Shown here one piece after another: positions 51,891 through 61,970 of a DNA stretch of 64,000 nt. The notes under the pieces are model-generated. The model was given only the letters and a program-made list of their open reading frames with translations. It had not been told where the DNA came from and did no database searches. The stretch is from assembly GCA_050176585.1 (NCBI GenBank), contig JBFXHX010000001.1, positions 158,695 through 222,694 on the forward strand, in the 5' to 3' direction. This DNA is from Candidatus Binatia bacterium. Lineage in GTDB: Bacteria; Desulfobacterota; Binatia; HRBIN30; CADEER01. How positions within the stretch are numbered: position 1 is the first letter of the stretch; every line of letters begins with the position of its first letter. A program made the translations under genes and the position numbers.

Positions 51891-54206
51891 ATGCGCGCGT
51901 TCATTCTCACGCCGACCTACCGCATTCGCGACGGCATTCCCGAGGTGCACCTGTACGGCGTGCTCGAGAACGGCGAGCCCTGCCTGATCGTCGATGATCG
52001 CGCTCGGCCGTACTTCTTCATCCGCGCCGCCGATCGGGCGCGCGCGGTCGAAGCCCTCCCGGGGCTGCAAGTCGCCCACAGCGAGCTGAGCACCTTCACG
52101 GGTGAACCGGTGCTCCGCGTCACCGCCGTGCGGCCGGGCGACGTGCCGCCGGCGCGCGCGCGCCTGGAGGCTGCGGGCGTGCAGTGCTTCGAAGCGGACG
52201 TGCGTTTTCCATATCGGTACCTAATCGACTGCGGGATCCGCGGCGCGGTGCAGCTGCACGAGCCCGGGGTGCCGCACGAGCGCGTGGGCCGGATCTTCCG
52301 CAATCCCGAGCTCACCCCGTGTCATTGGGTGCCGAAGCTGCGGGTCCTGTCGATCGATATCGAGACCGATCCCCGCGCCGAGCAGGTGCTCTCGATCGCG
52401 CTGCATACGGACCAGCTCAGCCGCGTCCTGTTGGTACAGACACAGGTGTATCCACATGCGGAGACCGTGCGCTCCGAGCGGGAGCTCATCCGCCGCTTCC
52501 TCGCGTATGTCGAAGAGCTCGACCCCGACGTCATCACGGGCTGGAACGTCGCGGACTTCGACCTCGCCGTGCTGAGTCGCCGCGCGCGGCACTACGGCAT
52601 TCCGTTCGCGATCGGCCGAACCGACGACGAGCTCGAGCTGCGCCGCGAGATTTCCTACACGCGCGAGTCGCGTGCGATCACGTTCGGCCGCGTCGTGCTC
52701 GACGGCCTCTCGCTGCTGCGCGGCGCGTTCATCCGGTTGCAGGACTACAAGCTGGAAACCGCTGCCCAGGCCCTGCTCGGCCGCGGCAAGCTGATCACCG
52801 GTGATCGGCGCGCCGAAGCGATTTGGAAGGCGTACCGCGAGGACACGGCGCATTTCATCGCCTACAACCTCGAAGACGCGAAGCTGGTGAGCGAGATCGT
52901 CGAGCGACTCGGGCTCATCGATCTGGCCGTGGAGCGCAGCCTGCTGACCGGCATGCCCTTGGACCGCGTGAGCGCGGCGATTGCGTCGGTAGACTCGCTC
53001 TACCTCAGCGAGCTCCGTCCCCGCGGCCGGGTCGCGCCGTGCGTCGGCGCCGAGCCGACCGACGCCGACCTGACCGGCGGCTACGTGATGGACTCCGTGC
53101 CGGGTTTGTACCGCAACGTACTCGTCTTCGACTTCAAGAGCCTCTATCCGAGCATCATCCGCACCTTCAATTTGGACCCGCTCTCGCTAGTGCCCGAGAA
53201 CGCCGGCGATGTCGGGGATGCGGGCGCGCTCACGGCGCCGAACGGCGCCCGCTTTCGCCGCGAAGGGGGCATCCTGCCCGCGCTCGTCGAGCGGCTGGGC
53301 GCGGAGCGCGAACAGGCGAAAAGCGCCGGGCAGTACGTGAAGGCGAATGCCGTCAAAATCCTGATGAACTCGCTCTACGGCGTGATGGGAGCGGGCGCGT
53401 CGCGACTCTTCTCCCCGTCGGTATCCAATGCGATCACGCACTTCGGCCAGCTCCTCATGCGCAGCGCCGCCGCTTTCGCGACCGCCGAGGGCTGCCGCGT
53501 CATCTATGGCGATACGGACTCGTTGTTCGTCGACAGCGGAGAGCTCGACCCCGCGGCTGCCGCGCAGCGGGGTGAAACGTTACGCGCCGCCGTCGGCGCG
53601 GCCGTCGCGCGCATGGTGCGCGAGCAGTTCGGCTGCGAGAGCCACCTCGATCTGGAGTTCGAGAAGGTCTATGTGCGCTTCTTCCTGCCGGAGGTGCGCA
53701 GCGGCAAGACCGGGAGCAAAAAGCGCTATGCCGGGCTGCTTCGCGACGGGACTGGCGGCGAGCGCATCGAGTTCGTCGGACTCGAATCGGTGCGCCGCGA
53801 TTGGAGCGAGGTGAGCAAGCGCTTCCAGCGCGGTCTGCTCGAGCGCGTGTTCCACGACGAGCGGGTCGATGAATACGTGCGGGAGTTCGTCGCCGACCTC
53901 CGCGCGGGGCGCCACGACGACGCGCTCGTCTACCGCAAGGCGGTGCGGAAGGAGCTGCATGCGTACACCAAGACGACCCCGCCGCACGTGCGCGCCGCCC
54001 GCCAGCTCGGAGAACAGGCTGGGCGCATCATCGCGTACACGATGACCCGCAACGGGCCCGAACCGGCCGGCGAAGAAACCGCGCCGCCCGATTACGCCCA
54101 TTACATCGAGCACCAACTGAAACCGGTGGCGGACGCGATCCTGCGCTTCCTTCGCACCGACTTCGACACGCTCACCGGCGCTCAACGGCAGCTGGCCTTG
54201 TTTTGA
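51891..54206 (+). CDS. polB: Family B DNA polymerase (Pol II type)
   Basis: 771 aa. Exo I (LSIDIETD), Exo II-like, and polymerase motifs A (DFKSLYPSII), B (KILMNSLYG) and C (YGDTDS). Confidence 0.9.
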   Translation: MRAFILTPTYRIRDGIPEVHLYGVLENGEPCLIVDDRARPYFFIRAADRARAVEALPGLQVAHSELSTFTGEPVLRVTAVRPGDVPPARARLEAAGVQCFEADVRFPYRYLIDCGIRGAVQLHEPGVPHERVGRIFRNPELTPCHWVPKLRVLSIDIETDPRAEQVLSIALHTDQLSRVLLVQTQVYPHAETVRSERELIRRFLAYVEELDPDVITGWNVADFDLAVLSRRARHYGIPFAIGRTDDELELRREISYTRESRAITFGRVVLDGLSLLRGAFIRLQDYKLETAAQALLGRGKLITGDRRAEAIWKAYREDTAHFIAYNLEDAKLVSEIVERLGLIDLAVERSLLTGMPLDRVSAAIASVDSLYLSELRPRGRVAPCVGAEPTDADLTGGYVMDSVPGLYRNVLVFDFKSLYPSIIRTFNLDPLSLVPENAGDVGDAGALTAPNGARFRREGGILPALVERLGAEREQAKSAGQYVKANAVKILMNSLYGVMGAGASRLFSPSVSNAITHFGQLLMRSAAAFATAEGCRVIYGDTDSLFVDSGELDPAAAAQRGETLRAAVGAAVARMVREQFGCESHLDLEFEKVYVRFFLPEVRSGKTGSKKRYAGLLRDGTGGERIEFVGLESVRRDWSEVSKRFQRGLLERVFHDERVDEYVREFVADLRAGRHDDALVYRKAVRKELHAYTKTTPPHVRAARQLGEQAGRIIAYTMTRNGPEPAGEETAPPDYAHYIEHQLKPVADAILRFLRTDFDTLTGAQRQLALF

Positions 54207-54244
54207 CGTTCTATCCCTCGCGTGCGCGCGCTACTCTATTGCGC

Positions 54245-54712
54245 ATGGCGCGCTGGCGCTTGGCATTGATCGCATTCGCGGCACTCGCCGCCGCGTGTGA
54301 CCGCCGCGAGCCGCGGCCGCGCTTCCTGCTATCCAGCCCAAGCGGCGCGCCCGGTGTAGCGAAAGTGCCTGCCGACCAGGCGCTCGCCCCGGACCAGAAC
54401 ATCCGGGCGCATGAGGTTGCCCGCGGCGCGCACAGCAGCGTATCCGTCGTGCAGGTGCGCGATCGCGAGCAGCCGCACGTGCATACGCGGTACGACCTCA
54501 CCGTCGTGGTCGCAGAAGGCCACGGGACGTTATGGCTGCAGGGGCGCCCGCAGAAGATGCGCCCCGGCGACGCGGTCTTCATCCCGAAGGGCACGCCGCA
54601 CTACTTCGTCAACGAGGGGAACACACCGGCGGTGGCGATGATCGTCTTCGCTCCGCCGTTCGACGGACCGGACCCGGGGCCAGTCGAGACTCCGCGAGCC
54701 GCGCCGCCATAG
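54245..54712 (+). CDS. Cupin-domain lipoprotein
   Basis: Signal peptide with lipobox (LAAAC). Cupin motifs (HVHTRYDLTVVVAEGHG...PGDAVFIPKGTPHYFVN). Confidence 0.6.
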   Translation: MARWRLALIAFAALAAACDRREPRPRFLLSSPSGAPGVAKVPADQALAPDQNIRAHEVARGAHSSVSVVQVRDREQPHVHTRYDLTVVVAEGHGTLWLQGRPQKMRPGDAVFIPKGTPHYFVNEGNTPAVAMIVFAPPFDGPDPGPVETPRAAPP

Positions 54713-54787
54713 GCGAACCGCGCACTTCGTGCGGCGCTTACGCAGGGCATGACAGCGCTGTGCCATGTGCTAGACGTCGCTGCAGTC

Positions 54788-55444
54788 ATGGCCATCAACA
54801 TCACGCGCGTGTACACGCGTACGGGTGATCGCGGGACCACCGCGCTCGTAGGCGGTGAACGGGTCGCGAAAGACTCCCGCCGGGTGGAGTGCTACGGCGC
54901 GATCGACGAGCTCAACGCGGTTCTCGGGCTGGTGCGGAGCGTGAACGCCACCGCGGCGCCGGGCGCCGCGCGCGCCCGCTTGGACGAGATCCTGAAACGG
55001 CTGCAGAACGAGCTGTTCGATCTCGGCAGCGAGCTGGCGACGCCGCCCCAGGCCGAATACGAGGCCATGTTCAAAGTCGGCACGGAGGACGTGCGGGCGC
55101 TCGAAGCGTTGATGGACGATTGCCAGCAGGATCTCGAGCCGCTCCAATCTTTCGTTCTTCCCGGCGGTGGCCTGGTCAGTGCGTTCCTCCACCAGGCGCG
55201 CACGGTGTGCCGGCGCGCCGAGCGGGAGATCATCCGGCTCAGCCGGGAGGAGACCATCGGCGACCAGATCATCCCGTATATCAATCGCCTGAGCGATCTG
55301 CTGTTCGTGCTGTCGCGTTGGATCGCGAAGCAGAGCGGCGAAGGCGAATATCTGTGGGAAAGGGGATTGCGGAATCGAGCGAGGCCCGCGGCGGCCCGTC
55401 GGCGGGCGCGCGGGAACGAGGCGAAGACCCGGGGCGACCGCTGA
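54788..55444 (+). CDS. PduO-type ATP:cob(I)alamin adenosyltransferase
   Basis: IYTRTGDRGTT N-terminus and the core of the family (ECYGAIDELNA...LPGG). Arg-rich C-terminal tail. Confidence 0.8.
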   Translation: MAINITRVYTRTGDRGTTALVGGERVAKDSRRVECYGAIDELNAVLGLVRSVNATAAPGAARARLDEILKRLQNELFDLGSELATPPQAEYEAMFKVGTEDVRALEALMDDCQQDLEPLQSFVLPGGGLVSAFLHQARTVCRRAEREIIRLSREETIGDQIIPYINRLSDLLFVLSRWIAKQSGEGEYLWERGLRNRARPAAARRRARGNEAKTRGDR

Positions 55445-55482
55445 GCGCGGGTCCCGAGCGCTGCGAAGAAGGAGTCGACGCC

Positions 55483-56160
55483 GTGAGCTTGTATCTGAAG
55501 CAGCTGTTGATCGGGCCCATGCAGAATTTCGTCTATTTGATCGGCGACAGCGCGACGCGCCGAGCGGTTGCGGTCGATCCGGCGTGGGACATCGATGTGA
55601 TCCGCAACACGTTGGCGGCCGATGACATGACGCTGGAGGGCGCGCTCATCACGCACTTCCACCCCGACCACCTCGGCGGCGATTTGATGGGATATCACAT
55701 CGCCGGTGTGAGCGAGCTCCTCGCGCGCGGCGAGAAGATCAAAGTGTACGTCCACAAGAACGAGGCCGACTATGTGCCGCGCGTGAGCGGGTTGTCGAAA
55801 TCCGACCTGTCGCTCTGTGAGAGCGGCGATGAGCTCGTCTTGGGCGAGCAGCGCATCCGCTTCCTGCATACGCCCGGGCACACTCCGGGCTCGCAGTGTT
55901 TTCTGGTCGGCCAGAGCCTCGTCTCCGGGGATACGCTGTTCATTGGCAGCTGCGGCCGCGTCGACCTGCCCGGCAGTGACCCGACGCAAATGTACGACAG
56001 CTTGACCAACAAGCTGCGCGCGCTGCCCGACGATACGGTGCTCTATCCCGGTCACGATTACGCCGACCGCCCGAGCTCCACGATCGGCGAGGAAAAACGG
56101 CACAATCTCTGCCTGCGCGCCAGCCGGCTCGAAGACTTCCTCGGCATGATGGGCTACTGA
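55483..56160 (+). CDS. MBL-fold metallo-hydrolase (glyoxalase II / persulfide-dioxygenase-like)
   Basis: GTG with GAAGGAG SD. HxHxDH (THFHPDHLGG) and downstream His/Asp ligands (TPGHTPGS, GHDY). Confidence 0.75.
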   Translation: MSLYLKQLLIGPMQNFVYLIGDSATRRAVAVDPAWDIDVIRNTLAADDMTLEGALITHFHPDHLGGDLMGYHIAGVSELLARGEKIKVYVHKNEADYVPRVSGLSKSDLSLCESGDELVLGEQRIRFLHTPGHTPGSQCFLVGQSLVSGDTLFIGSCGRVDLPGSDPTQMYDSLTNKLRALPDDTVLYPGHDYADRPSSTIGEEKRHNLCLRASRLEDFLGMMGY

Positions 56161-56277
56161 CGCGGCGCGGCATGTGCGGCGGAGGTGGGCACCGGCGCCG
56201 GTCGGATCCGTGCTACCCGTCCTGTGGCCGCGGTTTCTTAATGCGCCAGCGCTTCGCCTGCAGGTGAGCGCCCTATC

Positions 56278-56640
56278 ATGCCGCTGCTCTTCGCCTACGG
56301 GACGCTCATCGATCCGGTGCAGCGTGCAGCGGTGTTGCAGGGCGCGCCCTCACATGTGCTCGGCACCGGCACCGTGTGCGGCGCATTGTACGACCTTGGC
56401 GCGTACCCCGCTCTGGTCGAAGGCGGCGCAAGCGGTCGGGTACCCGGTGTGCTGATCGAGTTGCCGGATGCGAGCGCGCTCGCACGACTCGACGAGTACG
56501 AAGGCGTCGCCGAGAACCTCTACCGGCGAAGTCGGGCGCCGGTCCGTCTCGAAGATGGCCATCAGATGGAGGCGTGGGTGTATTGGTATTGCGGCTCGGT
56601 GGAGGGATTGCAGCGCATCGACGTGTGGCGCCCGGCGTGA
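56278..56640 (+). CDS. Gamma-glutamylcyclotransferase-like (AIG2/GGCT fold) protein
   Basis: LLFAYGTL...YDLGAYPAL...RLDEYEG...Y.R signature of the AIG2-like family. Confidence 0.75.
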   Translation: MPLLFAYGTLIDPVQRAAVLQGAPSHVLGTGTVCGALYDLGAYPALVEGGASGRVPGVLIELPDASALARLDEYEGVAENLYRRSRAPVRLEDGHQMEAWVYWYCGSVEGLQRIDVWRPA

Positions 56641-56743
56641 GGCCTCCGTGTAGCCGCGGCGATACACGCGCGCCGCGATGCGCGTAGGGTCGCCATATCC
56701 CGTCGAGCCACTGGCGTCTCCGCCCGATGAGTCGTGTCCCTAT

Positions 56744-58159
56744 CTATTGCGACTTGCCCGCTGTGCTCCCGAGCTGCTCCGCGAGCACCGCTCCGATGCG
56801 TTGGGCGTCGTCCTCGCGATAGACGAACAGCCCGTGACCGTTGAAACCGCTCATCGAGTGCATGAGGCTGGTCCCGCACTGTTCGCCGAAGAACCAGCAG
56901 GCGTAGTCGGGAGAAAAGGCCTCGTGGCCGCCGGTGTTGTGGCCGATCTCGTGCGCCACCAGCGACTGTTGGTGGAAGGCGGTGCCGCGAAAGCGGGGAC
57001 TGGGGACGATCTGCGAGACGGCATGGTGGCAGAGGAAGGAGATGCCTGAGTCGAAGCAGTACGGGCCGTAGTAGTTGAGACCACCCACTCCCGCGGCCAG
57101 GCCCGCGCCGGGCAGCAGATCGCGGCCGGAGAGGAAGTGGACGGCGCTCGACTCACCGGCGGTATGCGGCGGGCCGCAGCAGGGCGGCGAGGACTGATGG
57201 CTCATCGATATCGATTGCTCGAGCAGCTGTTGCCGTTGCGAGGAGTCGGGCCCGCCCGCCGTCCATACCTCGAGCCGGTCGATGCGCACGCGCGCTTGGA
57301 AGATGCCGAAGCCGCCGTCGAAGTCGTTGTCGCACCGGGCCCACGCATTGTTGGCGTTGGCCTCTGGCTCGACGCAGTTGTAGAGCCAGTCAACAGCGTT
57401 CAGCAGCGTTTCCTGCTTGAGCCAGAACGGCATCACCGAGTCCAGCGGATAGGCGCGAAAGAGCGCCGCATCGCCGTCGGCGACGATGGAAAGGACGAGT
57501 GGGGAGGGCGGCGGCGCGGGCCCGGGCGTCGGCCCCATACCCGGGTCGTCGTTCACGAACACGTCGCTGCCGAGTGCGTCGCGGGCGTTGTAGACGACGT
57601 GATCGTACCTTCTGAGCAGGCGGCGCCGCGTGTCCGGCTCGACGTCGCGCAGCCGAAGCTGCGGCTCTAGCGGCTCGATGAATGACCAACCTTCGGGAGC
57701 CACCAGCATGCTGCCCTCGATGGCGGAGTCGGTCACCGTGAAGACCGCGACACCTCCCCCGCGGGCGATGCCCTGATAGGTCGAAGGAGGCGGCAACGGC
57801 ACAGTCGAGCCGCTTCCCGCCTCTGCGTCCTTGAGGACGAACTCGGTCAGCTCCGGAGCGCGCAGATTGCGTAAGGTCAGCTCCAGCTCGCGCTCGGCGA
57901 GCCCACCGCCTTGCCGCGCGGCCGGCAGCCGGATCCGCTGCCCGGCCCGCACCGCGGCTGCCAGTGCCGGCGTGTCCAGGCGGACCGCGGTGAACGTGCC
58001 GAAGTCGTTTAGCGCCTCCTTGAGAATGCGCTCGTCGTTATCGCTCGGGTCTTCGCCATTGCCACAAGCGAGCGGCGACGAGCCGAGCGCACACCCGAGG
58101 ACGAGGACCAGCCCCTTTTTGAAGAACGTTCCAACTCTTGATCGTTCATTCCGCAGCAT
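56744..58159 (-). CDS. Zinc metalloprotease lipoprotein (metzincin-like)
   Basis: Signal peptide and lipobox (LVLGCALG). Extended zinc-binding motif VAHEIGHNTGGHE. Cys-rich C-terminal region. Confidence 0.6.
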   Translation of the reverse strand: MLRNERSRVGTFFKKGLVLVLGCALGSSPLACGNGEDPSDNDERILKEALNDFGTFTAVRLDTPALAAAVRAGQRIRLPAARQGGGLAERELELTLRNLRAPELTEFVLKDAEAGSGSTVPLPPPSTYQGIARGGGVAVFTVTDSAIEGSMLVAPEGWSFIEPLEPQLRLRDVEPDTRRRLLRRYDHVVYNARDALGSDVFVNDDPGMGPTPGPAPPPSPLVLSIVADGDAALFRAYPLDSVMPFWLKQETLLNAVDWLYNCVEPEANANNAWARCDNDFDGGFGIFQARVRIDRLEVWTAGGPDSSQRQQLLEQSISMSHQSSPPCCGPPHTAGESSAVHFLSGRDLLPGAGLAAGVGGLNYYGPYCFDSGISFLCHHAVSQIVPSPRFRGTAFHQQSLVAHEIGHNTGGHEAFSPDYACWFFGEQCGTSLMHSMSGFNGHGLFVYREDDAQRIGAVLAEQLGSTAGKSQ

Positions 58160-58372
58160 CGCCGAACCTCCCCGGCCCAGAGCGCAAAAGGGCCGCGGGA
58201 ACGCAAACGCTGCGGCGAGACTCAGCAGGCGATGCGGTGACGGGTGCTATCGTAACGGCAGTGCGCGTCTGATTGTCGCGCCCGCCGCGGAGATCACTGC
58301 GCGACGCCATGCGGCCAGAGGTGCCGCGGCTACATCGGGAGGGACGTCCGTCTGCGACGAGCGCTATGCCGA

Positions 58373-59476
58373 TCACAACAGCGCGAGCTGATCTCCCGCG
58401 CGAGGCGGGCGGCGAAACGCATCAGCGGAGAGCGGTGGCAGCGGTTGGTCGAGGCCGCGCCGCCGCGCCGCGAGCGCGAACAGATCGCGAATCTGCGCGG
58501 CGTACTGTCCGCACCCGCGCATGCGGCGGCCGAACCGCGTATCGTTCAAGTTCCCGGCGCGGCATTCGCGAATGCGGCCGAGAATGCGGATGGCCCGGTC
58601 CGGGTAGTGGCGCTCGATCCAATCGCGGAACAGTTGGTCGAGAGGGGAAGCGAGGCGCAGGAGTGTCCACGCGGCGCTGCGCGCTCCCGCTTCGGCGGCG
58701 CGTTGCAGGATGGCGGGAATCTCGTGATCGTTGAGGCCTGGGATCACTGGCGCGGTCATCACCGCGACGGAAATGCCGGCGGCGGCAAGGGTGGAGATCG
58801 CCTGCAGGCGGCGCTCCGGCGTGGCTGCGCGAGGCTCCATGCGGCGGGCGAGCTCGTTGTCGAGCGTCGTGACGCTCACGTATACCCGCGCCGCTCCAAA
58901 TCGAGCGAGCTCGCCCAGCAGATCCACATCGCGCGTCACCAGCGCGGACTTGGTCACGATGCTGACCGGATTGCGGAACTCTGCGAACACCTCCAAGCAG
59001 GCACGCGTCAGCCCGAGCCGACGCTCCACCGGCTGGTAGCAGTCGGTGTTGCCCGAAAGCGCGACCGTCTGCGGCGTCCAGCGCGGGGAGGCGAAGGTCT
59101 CGCGGAGCAGCGCCGCGACATCCATCTTGACCAGCAGCTTGCGTTCGAAGTCGAGCCCGGCGCTGAAGCCGAGGTATTCATGCGAGGGCCGCGCGTAGCA
59201 GTAGATGCAGCCGTGCTCACAGCCGCGATACGGGTTCAGGCTGAAGCGAAACGCCAGATCGGGGCTGTCGTTCTCGGCGAGCGCGCTCTTGCTCGCGTCG
59301 CGATACAGCTCGGTGGGCGTGCGGGGCGCGCCCCCTTCGAGCTCTGCTCCGCTCTCCTGGTCCGCTTCATCGCACTCGATGTGGAGCGGTTCGTAGCGGT
59401 TCGGCGGGTTCAGCCGGGTGCCGCGGCCCTCCAGCGGTGGCTTGGACATGGCAACTTTCGCCTTCTGTTCTCTCAT
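58373..59476 (-). CDS. Radical SAM protein, PA0069/SplB-like (DNA repair photolyase-like)
   Basis: CxxxCxxC cluster (CEHGCIYC), N-terminal GRGxxxNPxNR motif, elongated TIM-barrel-like core. The start is at M34 or M43 (59449). Confidence 0.7.
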   Translation of the reverse strand: MREQKAKVAMSKPPLEGRGTRLNPPNRYEPLHIECDEADQESGAELEGGAPRTPTELYRDASKSALAENDSPDLAFRFSLNPYRGCEHGCIYCYARPSHEYLGFSAGLDFERKLLVKMDVAALLRETFASPRWTPQTVALSGNTDCYQPVERRLGLTRACLEVFAEFRNPVSIVTKSALVTRDVDLLGELARFGAARVYVSVTTLDNELARRMEPRAATPERRLQAISTLAAAGISVAVMTAPVIPGLNDHEIPAILQRAAEAGARSAAWTLLRLASPLDQLFRDWIERHYPDRAIRILGRIRECRAGNLNDTRFGRRMRGCGQYAAQIRDLFALAARRRGLDQPLPPLSADAFRRPPRAGDQLALL

Positions 59477-59711
59477 GCTTTCGGCGTTTGGGCAAGTGGT
59501 CCGACCCGGTTCGATGAGCGCGTAAACGGCCATACAGGAGCCGAGCCCGCGCCGGCGCCGCGGATTCGGTGGCACACCGAGTCGTCCGTCCCGGTGTATT
59601 CCAACGCAGGGTGGGGTGAGCGCGGGGTATTAGACGGACGAACACGCGGATTGCACACGGCGCTGCAGGGTCGCGTGCCGCGCGGGCCCAGTTCTCTGTC
59701 CGGGGCCGGAC

Positions 59712-60272
59712 TTATGTCGCCGGTCTATGCCAGGACGCGGCGAGTCGCACGCGCTGCGTGAGCAGGAACCAGAGCAGGAACGGCAGTGCTGCATAGCCGA
59801 CCAGCCCGTAGAACGCATAGAAGATGTCGATCACGCGGTTGATGCGCCGCATCCACAGCTGCCCGAGCCGCGCCTGCGGCATGCCGGTCATATACGGTCC
59901 GAGGACCGCCAGCCCGACGTGGAAGACGAACAGGACGGCGAGGCCAATCGCCGCGGCGCGCAAGCGGCGCCGGGCCGGCAGACCCGAAGTCGCGCCGAGC
60001 AATGCGCAAAACGGTATGACGCCCGAGAACAGCTCGCGGGGCTGGAAGGGCATCATGACTTCGGTCTGGTCGCGTCGCATCACGACATCCAACCCGCGGG
60101 GCGTCGGCTGCGTACGCACGACGTGAAATCCGCTGGTCACCCGCATCAAGGGGTTGGCGACCGCCACCACCGCGCGCCCGTAGGCATCGCCCAGGCCGGC
60201 AAACGACCACAGCGCGAAGAAGAGCGCCGCCAGTGCGAAGAATCTAAGCAGAAACCCGGTTGACGGCCGCAC
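59712..60272 (-). CDS. Polytopic membrane protein of unknown function
   Basis: 186 aa, 4-5 predicted TM helices. Overlaps the upstream membrane-protein gene by 29 nt. Confidence 0.4.
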   Translation of the reverse strand: MRPSTGFLLRFFALAALFFALWSFAGLGDAYGRAVVAVANPLMRVTSGFHVVRTQPTPRGLDVVMRRDQTEVMMPFQPRELFSGVIPFCALLGATSGLPARRRLRAAAIGLAVLFVFHVGLAVLGPYMTGMPQARLGQLWMRRINRVIDIFYAFYGLVGYAALPFLLWFLLTQRVRLAASWHRPAT

Positions 60273-60783
60273 GGCGTACCTGTTCCGTCCACAGAGAGGC
60301 GAGAAACGCCAACAGCGCGATGAATAGCCCTTGGAAGAAGTACTCGTGGAAGTAGTCGAACCACTCGGGGTACTGGCTGGCGACCAGCGTAAGCACGACC
60401 AGCCGCGCGAGGTTGATGGCCATCAGCACGGTCGCCCCCACGGCAATGCCGGCGGTGCGCTGTGCGGCGGGCGCCGGGTAAGCCAGGACGAACACGGCGT
60501 AGACGAGCAGCACGAAAACACCCGTGCACTCGTGATTGATGTCGAGCGCGGCGTACTGCGTCTTGATGATCGTGCCCTCCACCACCGCGTCGGCCGAGAA
60601 CCAATTGGCCGCTGCGGCGACGGCGCTCGCCATCCCGACCTGCAGGGGGCGCATGTGCAAATGCAGGCCGCCCACGGAGAAAGCGAGGCTGGCGATGAAC
60701 AGGTAGAGCGCCAGCCGGATGACGAAGCCGGAAAAGGTCGGCGCCGCGCTGTGCGGCTGAGCGGAGCGGGCGCGGCGCGCCAT
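60244..60783 (-). CDS. Polytopic membrane protein with an ECTG motif (possibly exosortase-like)
   Basis: Start at the ATG of MARRARSAQ. About 4 TM helices. The INHECTGVFVLL motif is reminiscent of the exosortase/archaeosortase catalytic Cys region, a weak resemblance only. Confidence 0.35.
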   Translation of the reverse strand: MARRARSAQPHSAAPTFSGFVIRLALYLFIASLAFSVGGLHLHMRPLQVGMASAVAAAANWFSADAVVEGTIIKTQYAALDINHECTGVFVLLVYAVFVLAYPAPAAQRTAGIAVGATVLMAINLARLVVLTLVASQYPEWFDYFHEYFFQGLFIALLAFLASLWTEQVRRAAVNRVSA

Positions 60784-60888
60784 GATCCGCCCCACCTTAT
60801 CCGTTATGCATTGCGAGTTCCACGTCGCAAACGCGCGGCGCGCACCGTCTGGTTGCAATGGGCACGGGCCATTCCTATCGTCTGCGCC

Positions 60889-61086
60889 GTGGCTACGTCC
60901 GCGCGCAGCGCCAACTGCTGTCCCATCTGTCGGGCGCCGATCGCGGGGCAGGACAATCCGCACCGGCCGTTCTGTTCGGAGCGCTGCCGGATGGTCGATC
61001 TCGGCAACTGGGCGGCGGAGCGCTACCGGGTGCCCGAGCGAGCGCCCGAGGACGACGAGCCCGACGGCGGCGGCTCGGCGCACTGA
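60889..61086 (+). CDS. yacG: YacG-like zinc-ribbon protein (DNA gyrase inhibitor family)
   Basis: CPICRAPIAGQDNPHRPFCSERCRMVDLGNWAAE closely follows the YacG consensus (CPxCxK...PFCSxRCxxIDLGxWAxE). GTG start. Stop overlaps the lpxA ATG (TGATG). Confidence 0.6.
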   Translation: MATSARSANCCPICRAPIAGQDNPHRPFCSERCRMVDLGNWAAERYRVPERAPEDDEPDGGGSAH

Positions 61087-61898
61087 TGCCGATCCACTCG
61101 ACCGCCCTGGTCGACCGGCGCGCCGAGATCGATCCCGCCGCGGACATCGGCGCTTTTGTCGTGATCGACGGGCCCGTCGTTGTGGGCGCGGGCACGCGCG
61201 TGTTGCCGTATGCCCACCTCAGCGGCCGGACCGAGATCGGTCGCGACAACGTAATCCACATGGGCGCCGTCATTGGTCACGCCCCACAGGACCTCGGATA
61301 TCGCGAAGCGCCGACGGCGCTGCGGATCGGCGCCCGCAACATCATCCGCGAGCACGCGGAGGTCCACCGCGCCACGAAGCTCGAGCACCCGACCACCGTC
61401 GGGGACGACAATTTTCTTTTTGCCCGTTCGCACATCGCCCACGATTGCCGGCTCGGCAACCGCATCATCGTGGCCAGCGGGGCGCTACTGGCCGGCCACG
61501 TCCAGGTCGGCGATGGCGCGAACGTCTCCGGCAACTGCGTGGTGCACCAGTTCGTTCGCATCGGGCGTTTCGCGCTGTTGCGCGGGGGATCCCGCACCAG
61601 CCGCGATGTCCCGCCGTTCGCGCTGATGGACGGCACGCACACGGTCCGCGGCATCAACCGGGTGGGTTTGCGCCGGGCCGGGTTCGTCGCCGAGCGCATC
61701 CGCGCCATCGAACGGGCGTATGTCGCGCTCTTCCGCACCCGCCGTAACCTGGGTGCGGCTCTGGCCGAGCTCGAGGCGGGTCCGTTGACTGACGACCTCG
61801 CCGAGCTCGTGGCGTTCATCCGCGCGTCCCGCCGTGGAGTGTGCTTCGGGCCCGCGGCACGTCACGCCGAATTCCCCGATCCGGCCGAGGACACCTAG
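61086..61898 (+). CDS. lpxA: Acyl-ACP--UDP-N-acetylglucosamine O-acyltransferase
   Basis: Hexapeptide-repeat left-handed beta-helix with the LpxA N-terminus (IHSTALVDRRAEIDPAADIGAFVVI) and a C-terminal helical domain. The longer track ORF upstream is antisense junk. Confidence 0.8.
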   Translation: MPIHSTALVDRRAEIDPAADIGAFVVIDGPVVVGAGTRVLPYAHLSGRTEIGRDNVIHMGAVIGHAPQDLGYREAPTALRIGARNIIREHAEVHRATKLEHPTTVGDDNFLFARSHIAHDCRLGNRIIVASGALLAGHVQVGDGANVSGNCVVHQFVRIGRFALLRGGSRTSRDVPPFALMDGTHTVRGINRVGLRRAGFVAERIRAIERAYVALFRTRRNLGAALAELEAGPLTDDLAELVAFIRASRRGVCFGPAARHAEFPDPAEDT

Positions 61899-61970
61899 CC
61901 AGGGCAGCGCATCCGGCCCCGCCGCGCTGCCTTGCCGCTCCGGAGCGATTCGTTTAGCGTGGCGCAGTTA

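Noticed and set aside
55483-56160. Linking the MBL hydrolase (possible persulfide dioxygenase) to the SBP56/MtoX-like locus as a sulfide detoxification partner
   Set aside because: The genes are 20 kb apart on opposite strands, and the MBL motifs fit generic glyoxalase II equally well.
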